Shown here in pieces: positions 23,206 through 35,444 of a stretch of DNA of 64,000 nt; positions within the stretch are counted from its first letter, which is position 1; the number at the start of each line of letters is the position of its first letter. The notes under the pieces were generated by a model. The model made no database searches and was not told the origin of the DNA. It saw only the letters and a program-made list of their open reading frames with translations. The DNA comes from Podarcis muralis (lineage: Eukaryota), in contig NC_135661.1 in NCBI RefSeq assembly GCF_964188315.1, positions 27,404,001-27,468,000 of the forward strand, written 5' to 3'. The translations under genes were made by a program, and so were the position numbers.

Positions 23206-24808
23206 GACATTGGACCCCTCCCCTCGGACTTTACGATGTTCATTTTGTCTATTCTTACAAATTATCCAGAGGAGCAATATTCTGGGTTGTCTCAACCGGG
23301 CTCCTGCAAAGCTGTCGCCCGCATTCTGAGGCTGTGGCTAGTGCAAGTCGTAGATCAGACCAGCCGATTAAAATCCCATTTGTCCCCTGACTGAGAGCGG
23401 AGAGCATGGAACTCGTTAACCAAGAGAGAATTGCTCCAAAATTAATTTTAACTAAATGGATTCCAATCTGATTCTGCCTCAGGTGCAAGGAGGATGGAGA
23501 ACGGCTGGGCATTGGGCTAATGGGGGGTGGAACTGAGCTTTGTAGTAGACAAATGGCACCCCATCCCTAAAGCTGCAGAAGTGACTAGCAGGCAAAGGGC
23601 TCTCTTCAGGAGCCAAAAATCGCTGGATGGTGCTACGGCCCTGGATCCTTTTCCCCTACCACAGTCCAAAGCTAGCAAAAGACGCTTGCCCTATAAGCTT
23701 GCTCAAGGGTAGGGGCAGCTTGCCAGCTCCCTAGGGACTCCAGATACACCCTGCCTTCCTATGAAACGCGGGCAGCCCAGGCTGCTCTGCGCCTGGAACT
23801 TCCGAACAAACACTGTTGGAGGAGAAGGATGAGGACCAGCTGCAGAGGAAACAAATCTTAATAAATCCAATTGCTGGAATGAAGACGACATGAGTGAAGA
23901 CTGTAATAAAAATTAAATGCATTTCCAGATAAAAAGACATAAAAATAATGTTGAAGACATAAATTTGTAAAAAGGAAAATATACATCTATATATCTATAT
24001 CTATAGTGGGTGGATGGCTTCCTTTTTTTGGAGGGGCAGGAAGCAGGGTTTCCGAGATTAATAATATATTAAAGGGCTATAAAGTGAAATAACAGCTAAA
24101 AAATTGATAACATGCTACAATTGGATTGAAGGGAACCAGGAAGCATGTGTGGTGGTGATTTGGGGGTGGGGCTGGATTTAATTGGCAAGAGGCTCAAAGC
24201 GATGTTCTGGGGAAAGATGGGTTGGAAGGAGAGAGATACTCTATGGAAATGCCAGCCCCAGAGGATAGGAAGCGGAGTTTTTGTTTTAATGGATCTTTTG
24301 CTTCTACACGGCTCCTAGGACATGAACTGGGGCATAACATCCTCAACAAGATGCTCTCAATTCTCACAGTCGGGCACAGGCATTAATGGTGTCTCCCCGG
24401 CCTGCTCCCATGGTGATAATGCACACTTCCCTCTCTCTTGTTGCAGGTGAGTCTCACTTGGATTCCCTGTTAATCTGCCGGCATCAGCAGCTTCCTTGGG
24501 GGACTTTGAAGGGCAAAGTCTGAACTCAGCCTGATCTTCCAGGTTGGAAGGCAGAAAAGCTTCCTGGAGGAATTTCACTAGTTGTGGCTTCCTGCTTTCA
24601 ACACCCCCCCCCCTCCCAGCCCTCATGCTTTGTCGGTGCAGGCAAGCATTATGATCAGCGGAGCAGAGCAACTACCCTATGAGAAAAGGTTACAATGCTC
24701 GGCGCTTGTTAGTATGGGGGAGGCAAACAGCTGCTGTGCATAATGTTCTGCACAGTGCAGAGAAAGTGGAAAGAGACAAGCTTTCTTCCCTCTCTCTTAA
24801 CACTTATT

Positions 24809-25006
24809 ACAGAATTGTAGAGTCGGAAGGGACCCCAAGGGCCATTTAGTCTGAACCCAGGCAATGCGGGAATCACAGCTAAAGAATCCCTGGCAGGTGG
24901 CCATCCAACCTCTGCTTAAAAGCCTAGAGTCCACCACCTTCCAAGGGAGTCCGCTCCACTGTCAAATAGCTCTTACCCTCAGAAAGTGCCTCCTCATGTT
25001 TAGAAC
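24809..25006 (-). mobile_element. CR1 LINE 3' end (younger family)
   Basis: AGAATTGTAGAGTCGGAAGGGACCCCAAGG…GGCCATCCAACCTCTGCTTAAAA…. Confidence 0.85.
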
Positions 25007-25289
25007 TCAAGGACATCCAAGAAGACAAGCACCAGGCAGCCACATGGACTGGGTTGCATGGCTGAGTCTTCCCCACCCAACGGACTTTCCTGACATAACT
25101 ACCAGAAATATCTACGTCAGAAAGCCACGTGGGGTGCTGGTGAGATGTGTTGTGGTGTGTAGGTATGCAAAGGTTGCCAGGTGGTGGTGGTGGTGGTGGA
25201 CAACTTTCCACTCTTGACTGAACATTGCACCGAAAACCAGAAAAGAGCCCCAACTTGTTTCCACCTGTTTTCAGCGACAAGTCGGAGAG

Positions 25290-25480
25290 GATGGCTTGAG
25301 TTCGTTCTCCTGCAATGGAAGTCGTAGCTTTTAGCTGCGTTGCTTTTTATGACAGCCCCATTAATGCTAAACGAGTTGATTCTGATCAGTTTATCGCAAT
25401 GGATTAATGATAGGGAGATGAAAGCCTTCCTCTGTTTACAGCAGGCGCTCTTGAAAAATCGGATTTCCAGCCCTTCCAAA
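25290..25480. promoter_or_regulatory. Putative conserved enhancer-like block
   Basis: TTTTTATGACAG (HOX/CDX-like plus MEIS), CATTAATG, GGATTAATGA, forkhead TGTTTAC and retained CpGs. Confidence 0.35.
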
Positions 25481-25559
25481 TGAATTGCTGAGGGTCTTCA
25501 GCATCACTGTCTTTGCATTGGGTGGACATCCAAAGGGTTCTCAGGAAGCATCTTCCAAG

Positions 25560-25748
25560 AGGTGGAAGGTATGACCCATTGGGAGATTCACATAAGGAAA
25601 TAGAGCCCTGCAGCTGAATCAGGGTTTTAAGCAGAGGTTGGATGGCCATCTGTCAGGGATTCTTTAGCTGTGATTCCTGCATCATAGGGGGTTGGACTAC
25701 ATAATCCTTTGGGTTCCCTCCCAATTCTACAATTCTATGATTCTATGA
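25560..25748 (+). mobile_element. CR1 LINE 3' end
   Basis: TTTTAAGCAGAGGTTGGATGGCCATCTGTCAGGGATTCTTTAGCTGTGATTCCTGC…ATTCTATGATTCTATGA. Confidence 0.85.
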
Positions 25749-26395
25749 ACCCTAAAAGGCAGCAAAGTGAAGTGGGTGGAGGAATTTGAGACAGCAGGAA
25801 ATGAACAATGCAAAGGCAAGCAGAACATGTATTTTTGTGTTTGCCAACTGGTATAATAAAATGAAGTATAACATTATAGCATTCTGTTGATTGCTACATT
25901 TAAGATGGGAAAAGCCCACCCCATTTTCAGGCTGGATTGCTAATGACCATTAGCATCTCCTCAAATTGCTCAACAGAGTCTCCAGTTGGGATGGTGGTGG
26001 TGGATTAGCATCAGCCTATGAAAAGATCCTGCTTCAGGGCTAACACAGGCAAAACCATTAAGCACAGACAATATAGGGCTATTTGGACCAGGAACCTGAT
26101 TGCATCTAAGGCACAGCTTTCTGGGTTTCTAGGTTCCTGCGTTTAGAAGCATCCCCAGTTGGGCAGCCAGGAGAGAAACAAGAAAGAGAGGAGGAAGAGT
26201 AGGAGTAATGGAATAATAGGTTTCTGCCGACAGTGTTGGATTGGGACCAAACAGGATCACCATTAAGCTGCTGAAAGTATCGGAATCTAGGCATTTCATG
26301 GGAAGCCAACGAGAATCTCTCAAGAGGTTGTCTACATCTCCATCACCTTCTACCTGAGCATGGGCACACCTGCATGTCTCCAAAGATGGCAGGAT

Positions 26396-26576
26396 AAGAA
26401 CATAGGAAACTACCTTCTGTTGAGTTGGATCCTTGGCCCATCTTAGTGTTGTCCACAATGACTGACAGTGGCTCTCCAGGGTTTCAAGCAGAGTCTATCC
26501 CAGCCTACCTGGAGATGCCAGGCATTGAACTTGGAATCTTCTGCATGCAGGCAGATGCTCTACCGCTGAACTACAG
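26396..26576 (-). mobile_element. tRNA-Ala-derived SINE (Squam2/Anolis SINE2-like)
   Basis: Minus strand reads GTTCAGCGGTAGAGCATCTGCCTGCATGCAGAAGATTCCAAGTTCAATGCCTGGCATCTCCAGG…TTTCCTATGTTCTT. Confidence 0.75.
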
Positions 26577-27499
26577 TATTCTCTTAGCCTCTTTGACTTC
26601 CTTTGGCAGCCTGGGAGCCGCTACAGATCTGCCCTCCATCCAGCCCAGGCTCCTTCTTCCCTCCCCAACAAAGAAGGTCCCTTCCTTCCCTTCAATCAAT
26701 CCCCCGTGCAGGCAGGAGCGGAGCAGGCACCCGGGCAGCCCTTCCTCTAATTAGAAAATCAATGCCTATTTGCTTGTGTGAAGCCTCCTGGCAAGGCTCC
26801 TGCTTACCATAATTTAATATTTCAATCAGCTCTCTCGCGCTCCCTTTTTGTTGATTTCTGTTTCACCAACGCCAGCAAAGTGGCCCAGCCCCTCTGCGAT
26901 GGGGTGGAAATGCGTGCCGCTCCCTGAAGAGGATTTAATTATTCTCACAGTGGATTCCATCTCCGCCGGCCCCACGGCGCGTGCGTGTGCCAGCCTCCCT
27001 CCAGGGCAAACTCTCAAAGAGACCAACTTCAAAGGACGTTAAAGAGCCACCTCTGAGAACGGGGACGTGTCCGCCATGCACCACACTCCCTTTTTGCACG
27101 TCCCCATTGGTGTGTGTGTGTGTGTGACCATATCCTCCAGAGACACCTTCATTGCTTTATCTCAGACTGAGGCTGCGATATCCCAAGCATAAGTTATTTG
27201 GGAAGTCAAGTCTTAGGGAAATCCACAGAAAGTGCTGCAGAGTGTGATTCATGGAGCTTAAGAGATTCTACCCACCTTTTGATTCTCAGACCCCTCAAAT
27301 GCAAACTTACAAATGCATTTCTTAACATCCTCTGCCTTATCTGCCAGCAAGGGTATCCCCCATTGCCATCCCAGCTGTCTGTTTTAAGCAGAAGATCGAC
27401 CTTAACAACAGACCAGTCTCCGCAAAGAACTTCTGTGTGGTTTTTTTTTTTTGTTTTTGTTTTTTTGCCTAAGGGTGGAGGCAGATCTGGGGAACAGCT

Positions 27500-27686
27500 G
27501 GGTTTTTATATTTCAAAAGCTATTCAGCTCCTTCGGAAGGCGATGGACTATCCTTCATTGGAGGTTTGTAAGCTGCAGTTGGGTGGCCATCTGTCAGGGA
27601 TTCTTCAGCTGTGATACCTGCATTGCTGGGGGGTTGGAATGGATGGACCTTGAGGGTCCCTTCTAACTCTACAGTTAGATGATTCT
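27500..27686 (+). mobile_element. CR1 LINE 3' end
   Basis: TCCTTCATTGGAGGTTTGTAAGC…GGCCATCTGTCAGGGATTCTT…GGTCCCTTCTAACTCTAC…ATGATTCT. Confidence 0.8.
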
Positions 27687-27978
27687 GAAAAACGAAGGCT
27701 TGACCACTGTGTGCTTCTTCTTCCAATCAGTCTTAGGGACAACCTGAAACCTGCATGTCACTTAGTGGAGGGCTTGCGTCCTGCTTGTGGGTTTTCCAGA
27801 AGAGGCATTGGGTCAGCCACTGTGGGTACAGAATGCCATTGGCTTGATTCAGCAGAGTCTTTCTACGTTCTTATACTGAATATACTGCCTTGGCCCATCT
27901 AAGTGAGTACTATTCTCTGCATGGGCTGGAACGTTCTGCACGCAAAGTTGCAGCCCTTCCTGAGAGCAAGAAGCAGCA

Positions 27979-27979
27979 A

Positions 27980-28024
<45 letters not shown>

Positions 28025-28640
28025 TTATATCCCGCCTAACTGGCTGGGTTTCCCCAGCCACTCTGGGCGGCTTCCAACAGAATATTAAAACACAACAGTC
28101 TATCAAACATTAAAAGCTTCCCTAAACAGGGCTGCCTTCAGATGTCTTCTAAAAGTCTGGTAGTTGTTGTTCTCTTTGACATCTGGTGGGAGGGTGTTCC
28201 ACAGGGCGGGCGCCACTACCGAGAAGGCCCTCTGCCTGGTTCTCTGTAACTTGGCTTCTCGCAGCGAGGGAACCACCAGAAGGCCCTTGGAGCTGGACCT
28301 CAGTGTCCGGGCAGAACGATGGGGGTGGAGACGCTCCTTCAGGTATACTGGACCAAGGCTGTTTAGGGCTTTAAACGTCAGCACCAACACTTTGAATTGT
28401 GCTCGGAAACGTACGGGGAGCCAGTGGAGGTCTTTCAAGACCGGTGTTATGTGGTTTCGGTGGCCACCCCCAGTCACCAGTCTAGCTGCCGCATTCTGGA
28501 TTAGTTGCAGTTTCTGGGTCACCTTCAAAGGCAGCCCCACGTAGAGCGCATTGCAGTAGTCCAAGCGAGAGATAACTAGAGCATGCACCACTCTGGCGAG
28601 ACTGTCCATGGGCAGGTAGGGTCTCAGCCTGTGTACCAGA
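27979..28640 (-). mobile_element. Young 5'-truncated L2 LINE with open ORF2 C-terminus and (TTA)n tail
   Basis: 28103-28640 encodes [54 protein letters not shown]…HITPVLKDLHWLPVRFRAQFKVLVLTFKAL…FRRHLKAALFREAFNV*; microsatellite at 27979-28023. Confidence 0.95.
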
Positions 28641-28693
28641 TGTGAACACCACAAGTATAAACTGCGATATCCTTGGCATTCAAGGTTTTGCAT

Positions 28694-28793
28694 GCAGGTT
28701 TCCCACTGGGGCATCTGGTCGGCCACTGTGAGAACAGGATGCTGGACTAGATGGGCCATTGGCTTGATCCAGGTGGCTCTTCTTGTGTTCTTA
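28694..28793 (+). mobile_element. Old CR1 3' UTR fragment
   Basis: GGCATCTGGTCGGCCACTGTGAGAACAGGATGCTGGACTAGATGGGCCATTGGCTTGATCCAG…TTCTTGTGTTCTT. Confidence 0.75.
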
Positions 28794-29505
28794 CATATAA
28801 TGAATTGCAGTAGATCCTCATGACAATATCCCTCTGTGGGTTGCTTTTTAATAGACCAGCATGGCATTAAAAATAATGCACTAAAAGTTATCCCTAAACT
28901 TCCAGGCTGTTGCAATAAGAAGGGACCAGTCTGCCCCTAAATCCAACCCCTGAAAGAATAGGACTAGCAGTCAGCCTCCATATGTTGCTTGAGCCCTAAC
29001 ACAGCTGATGGCTTTTAATACTCTTGCATTTCTAACAGAATTATGCATCTGTTGTCCTTCTAAGAGTGCCCACCACCCATTTGATGTACAGTGTTGTCTT
29101 CCTTGGCTAATCTTCCATCCAAGGAAGCAGAGGGCAAGGGTAAGGAGGGGGAGCTGCTCCTGCAAAGGCCAGAGCCACTATCAAGGGGCTGCTTTCAAGC
29201 GCATCCGTCATGTTGGACAGAAGCCCTGGAAACTCTCCTGCTCTGTTCCCATTCCTGGCAGGAGTCAAGCCACACAGCCAGGGCTACTGGGAGCCAGGGA
29301 TAAGCGCTCCCCATTAGCCAGCCTTAGCCTGCTCACCTCTCCTTTGCCACGGGGAGCCGGCGAGTCATTTATAAATGCACAGAACAAAGGCTGCCCTTCC
29401 GGCAGGGATGAGGCCTTTCACCTCCAGGTCTTGTCTTTCACATCTTGCTTGGCTGGAAGCCTCTCCCAGGGCAGCATGTTGTCATTCACAGGTCAGACCA
29501 CAGGC

Positions 29506-29507
<2 letters not shown>

Positions 29508-29546
<39 letters not shown>
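29508..29546. repeat. (GT)n microsatellite
   Basis: Direct reading. Confidence 0.95.
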
Positions 29547-29548
<2 letters not shown>

Positions 29549-30729
29549 GGACATCATGCTAGGAGCCATTCTCAAAGCAACCTCTCCAGAGGAGCAGCTC
29601 TACACATCTGTGGTGTTAATGGAGAAATCTGAGGGCTCCCTTGGACAATAAAACAAGGACACCAGCCAGGAATACCAGAGCAAAACAGCAGCTAGTAGGC
29701 TTGGTATTTATGGAAGACTGTCGCGACAGGACTCCAACCTGCCACAAGGTGCAACAAGATGGAAGCCCCGAACAAAAGAGCACCCAAACTTTTATTAGCT
29801 GCTAATCCCCATGTTACACCCCCCAAAAAACTACATCACTCATACATCATGGTTACATCATGAAAGGGGAGGTCTGGTGGCAGTAATCTGAGCATCCTGG
29901 ACCCTGCCCCATGGTTCTCCTTGCCCTCCACCAAACACCCATCAAGTGTAACAAAAAAGATATTTACATTTCCCTGTTTCCCAGCCAAGTTAATCACACC
30001 CTTTTGTCTTTATCTGGGTTTGTTATTTCTGGAATGGCTACCTGTCTGGCACTCAGGTATCAGGATGCCAGGGATTTTCACTCAGGCAGAGGGGCTGCTG
30101 AGTAGCTGAGCTCTCATGTCTATATGAATTTCTGAAGTTTTCCCAGTGAGCCATTATACATAGAGACATTTATCAATCAACTGTTACATTTGGTATCGTG
30201 CAGCAAAGGCCCTTTGAAAAGATAGGAAGAAACTGTGATGAAGTGTTTTGTGGGGACAAATCACAAAAGTCACAAAAGTGATTGTGCTGGTTTTGGTAGT
30301 GGGCTGCATGTGCATGATATCTGCTGGAGGGGCAACCCCCCCAACCTATACATAAATTCCTGCAACAGTGGCAGCAAAAACAACCAGGCATCCTGGAGCA
30401 CTTTACAGGTTACCAAATGGATTGGGGCAGGAAGACTCTGGTTTGACACATGCAGATGGACACTCTGATGCCACCAGCATCTTCTGAGCAGCTTAGGAGA
30501 AAGAGAGGAAGCCCACTCCTCCATAATTAAATCGCTGCTCCCCACCCCCTTCATCAGGCAGGCCCTCTCCAGCCACCCTATGGTTGGAGAGGGAAGGAGA
30601 AACAGCAGGGACCCATTTTTTATTGCAAAGGCCGCCTTCCACTTTTCAATCAACATCCAAACAAATCTGAAACAAAGAAGACCCACTTCCGCAAGACCAA
30701 CAGGGAATACTTCAAAAGGTGCAACACAA

Positions 30730-31078
30730 GGAAGAGCCCTGTAGCAGATGAAGGCCAGCATTCTGTTCTCACCATGGCCTATCACAGGCATAGGCAAACT
30801 TGGCCCTCCAGATATGTTGGGACTACAACTCCCATCATCCCTGACCACTGGTCCTCTTGGCTAGGGATGATGGGAGTTGTAGTCCCAAAACATCTGGAGG
30901 GCCGAGTTTGCCTATGCCTGGCCTATCAGATGCTTCTTCTAGGAAACCCTCAAGCAAGACCTGAGTGCAAGATCATTTCCCCCTCCTGCAGTTTCCAGAA
31001 ACTGGTATTCAGTAGTGTTTACTGCCTCCAATTGCAGAGGCAGAGCATAGCTACCCAGGCTAGCAGCCATTGATAGCA
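30730..31078 (-). mobile_element. Old CR1 3' end interrupted by an hAT MITE
   Basis: Same family as 41599 and 46071; continuous across the MITE once one TSD copy is removed. Confidence 0.65.
30785..30920. mobile_element. 136-bp palindromic hAT (Buster/Charlie-type) MITE
   Basis: TIRs CAGGCATAGGCAAACT/AGTTTGCCTATGCCTG; exact 8-bp TSD GCCTATCA at 30777-84 and 30921-28. Confidence 0.92.
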
Positions 31079-31289
31079 GGAGGAACTACTTGCATGGAGA
31101 AGGCAGCTATCGATCCCTTTTCAAGATACCGGATCTGCTCTATCCTTTCCTTAAACCCCATGCCCTCCAGATGTTTGGGCAACAGATAGGTATGGGTGGT
31201 TCTGGCTTGTCTAATTTTGTTCCATTCCTACATCCATTCATCCATCTATTGGAAGTCCTCCAGAAAATCCTCCTGCCCATCAGCATGCC

Positions 31290-31510
31290 ATAATAATATA
31301 CACATTTTGTATGCAATTCTGCCTAGCATGCACATTTTTGCAAGCCATTTGTGAATTTCCGTAATATTTTCACAAATATATGCACTTCATGCGCCCTTTC
31401 CCCAAAATATATGCATTTTTCTGGGCACTGCTTGTTGCTGTTGCAGAACTGCAGTGCTGAATTCAAAGATGTGTAAAGTTCGAAGGAAAGCTGTGTGTCC
31501 GGTGGAAGTT
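31290..31510 (+). repeat. Old unclassified AT-rich interspersed repeat
   Basis: Similar in the opposite orientation to about 59880-60265 (TATGCATATT, GCAAAACTGCA, GAAAAATAAAT motifs). Confidence 0.4.
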
Positions 31511-33149
31511 TTTGTTCGAAGCATCTGGAGGGAACCAGGTGGAGGAAGGCTAATCTACTCTCTCTCCTTTGCCAAGATGCTCTACCCATTCTCAGGAGAA
31601 CTTCACATGATCGCTGAGAGATAAGAGACCACCTTCCTGTGGCCAGGAAATTCCTGGGTGCCCAGCAGAGGGAGTCAGCATGAGGAAGAAGCCAGGTGAG
31701 GGCAAATGAGGGCAGGGACAGCGAGGGCAAAAGCAGGAGGAAGGTGGTGCAAAGAAGCAGTAGCAGCCGGCCGAGAGAACCATAGCAGCGTAAATCTTCG
31801 GCGAAGTGAGCATCCCATCCTGTCTTCAGCAGTAATTAGCTTGGCTGTGTCAAAGATGCTAATTTTGAAGCAAATTTCAAAATTAGCAAACATTTGGCAT
31901 AGGCTGATGAGGCCTTCAAAAGCGCTGGCAATTCTCCTCCAAATGTCAGCACACTCCGGGCTCCGTTTGGAGCATTCCAAGACTGCTTTCTCCTTGACAG
32001 TCCTCCCTTCCTGGGTGGCCTCCTTTGCAAGGCACATTGCCATGCTGTTTGGAGGGGGAGGGGAGCACATGTCCTGCCACTGTCACAAGGGCTTTCTCTC
32101 TCTCCCTCCCCTTCCCTTTGCAACAGGAGGGAGGGAAACCTCACTTCCTCCTTCTTTTTTAATGCACTTTTTAAAAGGAGTTCTTAAAATGAATTCTTGC
32201 TTAAAACATGCAAAGGGAGTTTCATTAGCTTGATTTTGTTTTAATTGAAGAGGTTAAAAAAAACAAAACAAAAAAGAACCCCCCCCCAAACAACAACGAA
32301 CAACAGAGAGAGAGAGAGGTTTGTGTATCTGTGGCTCTGTTAATGCTCTGCTGGGCTGGCTGCCAAGGCATTAAGTGAAATCGAATTCCTAAAACTAGCT
32401 TTAATCAGCAGATTTTTATGGTTAGAATTACTCTCTCCTCTAGAAAGCTTGCCAAGGTTAATTCTGTCCTGAGCATGCAGAATTAATGGGCTGGACAGAG
32501 ACGGGTGGAATTCCATGCGCGCGCGCACACACACACACACACCCCGACCCATGATTTTCTTTTAACTTGACAAAAATAAAAGAAAAATTTCACAACGGAG
32601 AAAAGAGCAGCAGCCTTTCCGAGGGGGAGGCAAGAGGGGGGCCTCCTCTCTTTCCAGGGCTTGGCTTGGCAACATCCAGCCACTAACCCCAGGTAGCCCC
32701 ATCGACTCTCCAAGCTATAAATAACTCCAAAGCCAGAGAATAGCTGCAGCACCAGAGTCTGGGCTTCACTCCTTTGCCACTTTCTCCTTGCTCTCCTGCT
32801 AGCCTGAAAGGGCCCCAATCCCTCTGATTGAGCCCTCCTTCATGACCTACCCCTAGCCTGCCATAGTCTGGGCTGATTCCCTCCTGCACATCTGCCACTT
32901 GGGGATGTTTTGTGTGCATTAACGAAATAAACAGATACAACCCCGCTCAGCCTTGGCCATTGGCCAGGCTGGCTGGGGCTGATGGGATAGCATATGACAG
33001 CTACAGGTACCACACATGATGGGTTTTATCTAGTCCTACTCAGAGTAGACCCACTGAAGTTAATGGACGTGGCTGACTTAGGTTTCTTCATTGCAATGGG
33101 TCTGGTCGGATGCAACTCACAGCCCTCAATGCATCACACCTACTCCCCT

Positions 33150-34135
33150 CCAAAAGCATGGCAGACTAAGTGTGTCTTCACCTGCCTTCTAACCGGATGT
33201 GATGTTGAGGCCAGACAGTGGGAGATCATTCAAGAATTCTGGAGCTGCCACTGAAACAGCCTTGCAGCCCCCTCTCCAATATGATTCCTATCCATCAAAC
33301 AGACCACCAGGAGGAAGGATCTCATTAAATGATCTTAGGAACCAGGCAGGATGGTATGGGGGGGGGTGTTTTCTCAGATACGTTATTTGGGTTTCAGGCC
33401 ATCCATGGCTTTAAATGTCACATCGGCACATTGACTTGGGATTGGGAGATATTTGGCAACCTGTGCAATTGCTTTTGTAATGGCAGGGTCATGTGCAAGC
33501 AGCCTGCCGCTTCCACAAGCATTCTGGCTGATGCATTTTGTACTACAGTGGTACCTTAGGTTACATATGCTTCAGGTTACATACGCTTCAGGTTACAGAC
33601 TCCGCTAACCCAGAAATAGTACCTCGGGTTAAGAACTTTGCTTCAGGATGAGAACAGAAATTGTGCTCTGGCGGTGCGGCAGCAGTGGGAGGCCCCATTA
33701 GCTAAAATGGTGCTTCAGGTTAAGAACAGTTTCAGGTTAAGTACGGACCTCCGGAACGAATTAAGTACTTAACCCAAGGTACCACTGTACTTGCAACCTC
33801 TGAACAGTCTTCAAGGGCAGCCCCACATAGAACACATTGCAGTACTCCAACCTGGAGGTTACCCAAACATGGAAAACCATGGCTGGCTACTCTAGCCTTT
33901 GAGGCTACCTGGGCATCCAGTGACAAGGAGGTTCTTGGAGTAACCCCAAACTGCACACCTGCTCCTTCAAGGAGAGTGCAACCCTATCTGAAATGGGATG
34001 CTCTTCCAACTCCCACACCCAGGAACCACCCACCCAAAACACCTACATTTCATTTGTGTCCAGCTTCAGTTTGTTGGCCCACATCCAGCCCAATAACTGC
34101 CTCCAGATCCTGATTGTGTTTTTACAAGCAGAAGA
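33150..34135 (-). mobile_element. Old L2 fragment interrupted by a mariner MITE
   Basis: Minus strand TAACCTCCAGGTTGGAGTACTGCAATGTGTTCTATGTGGGGCTGCCCTTGAAGAC (SRLEYCNVFYVGLPLKT); continues on both sides of the MITE. Confidence 0.7.
33546..33787 (+). mobile_element. Tc1/mariner MITE
   Basis: TIRs CAGTGGTACCT…AGGTACCACTG with flanking TA. Confidence 0.92.
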
Positions 34136-34530
34136 GCTGATCATGCATACAGAGGAGGACCTGGCAAATGGAGTGTTCCAATTATTGGAAGCCCCTTCAC
34201 CATGTCCCCTCCAGATGTCGTTTCTGGATTCTAACTCCCAGCAGCCAGCCTGGCCAATGACCAGGGAGGATGATGGGAGTTGTAGTCTAGAAGCATTTTG
34301 CGGGGGGGGGGGGAGATAGGGCAACCACCTATATTTTCAGTGCTCAGCTTTCAGATGCCAGGCTGGGATGGAGCTGGCTGTGTGATGCTGGGGCCAGGGT
34401 CTCACACTGATTTCAACACAAGAGTGCCCCGTATGCGTGTAAAATGTGAAAAGGGCTATGGAGCAGGTTCATTTGAGATAGAGATGAGAGCTTGACATCC
34501 ACTGGTTTATACTATATAATGAGAGTCGCT

Positions 34531-35086
34531 CATCATCATCATCATCATCATCATTTATTATTTATACCTTGCCCATCTGGCTGGGTTTCCCCAGCCACTC
34601 TGGGCAGCTTCCAACAAAGATTAAAATACAATAGTCTATTCAACATTAAAGGCTTCCCTAAAAAGGGCTGCCTTCATATGTCTTCTAAAAGTGTGGTAGT
34701 TGTTGTTCTCTTTGACATCTGGTGGGAGGGCGTTCCACAGGGCGGGTGCCACTACTGAGAAGGCCCTCTGCCTGGTTCCCTGTAACTTGGCTTCTCGCAG
34801 CGAGGGAACCACCAGAAGGCCCTCGGCGCTGGACCTCAGTGTCCGGGCAGAACGATGGGGGTGGAGACGCTCCTTCAGGTATACTGGACCGAGGCTGTTT
34901 AGGGCTTTAAAGGTCAGCACCAACACTTTGAATTGTGCTCAGAAACGTAGTGGGAGCCAGTGTAGGTCTTTCAAGACCAGTGTTATACGGTCTCGGCGGC
35001 CGCTCCCAGTCACCAGTCTAGCTGTCGCATTCTGGATTAGTTGTAGTTTCCGGGTCACCTTCAAAGGTAGCCCCACATAGAGCGCA
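34531..35086 (-). mobile_element. Young 5'-truncated L2 LINE with (ATG)n tail
   Basis: Highly similar to 27979-28640; LVLTFKALNSLGPVYLKERLHP…FRRHMKAALFREAFNVE; (CAT)n at 34531-34554. Confidence 0.95.
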
Positions 35087-35123
35087 AGAACAATCCTATG
35101 AGACCCAAAGCAAGCACTGATTT

Positions 35124-35444
35124 ATAGAATCTTAGAATACTGTAGAGTTGGAAGGGACACCAAGGGTCATCTAGTCCAAACCCCGACAATGTGCAGCTAA
35201 ATAATCCCTAACAGATGGCCGCCCAACCTCTGCTTAAAAACCTCCAATGAAGAAGATGCCACCACCTTCCGAGGGAGTCCATTCCACTGTCGAGCAGCTC
35301 TTAACGTCCTTCCTAATGTTTAGTCGGAATCTCCTTCCTTGCAGTTTAAATCCATTAGGTCAGGTCCTGCCCTCTGGAGCAGCAGAAACAAGCTTGCTCT
35401 GACTTCCATGTGGCAGCCCTTCAGATAGTTGAAGGTGTCTATGA
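35124..35444 (-). mobile_element. CR1 LINE 3' end
   Basis: TAGAATCTTAGAATACTGTAGAGTTGGAAGGGAC…CCAACCTCTGCTTAAAAACCTCCAATG…GGCAGCCCTTCAGATAGTTGAAG. Confidence 0.85.

Noticed and set aside
28103-28915. 270-aa ORF as a host gene
   Set aside because: The C-terminal ~180 aa are L2 ORF2; the N-terminus is chance read-through of a CR1 fragment and flank
29718-30190. Possible reverse-oriented solo LTR starting at the CTGTCGCGACAG palindrome
   Set aside because: TGT start and TTTTATT are present, but no candidate end gives a matching TSD
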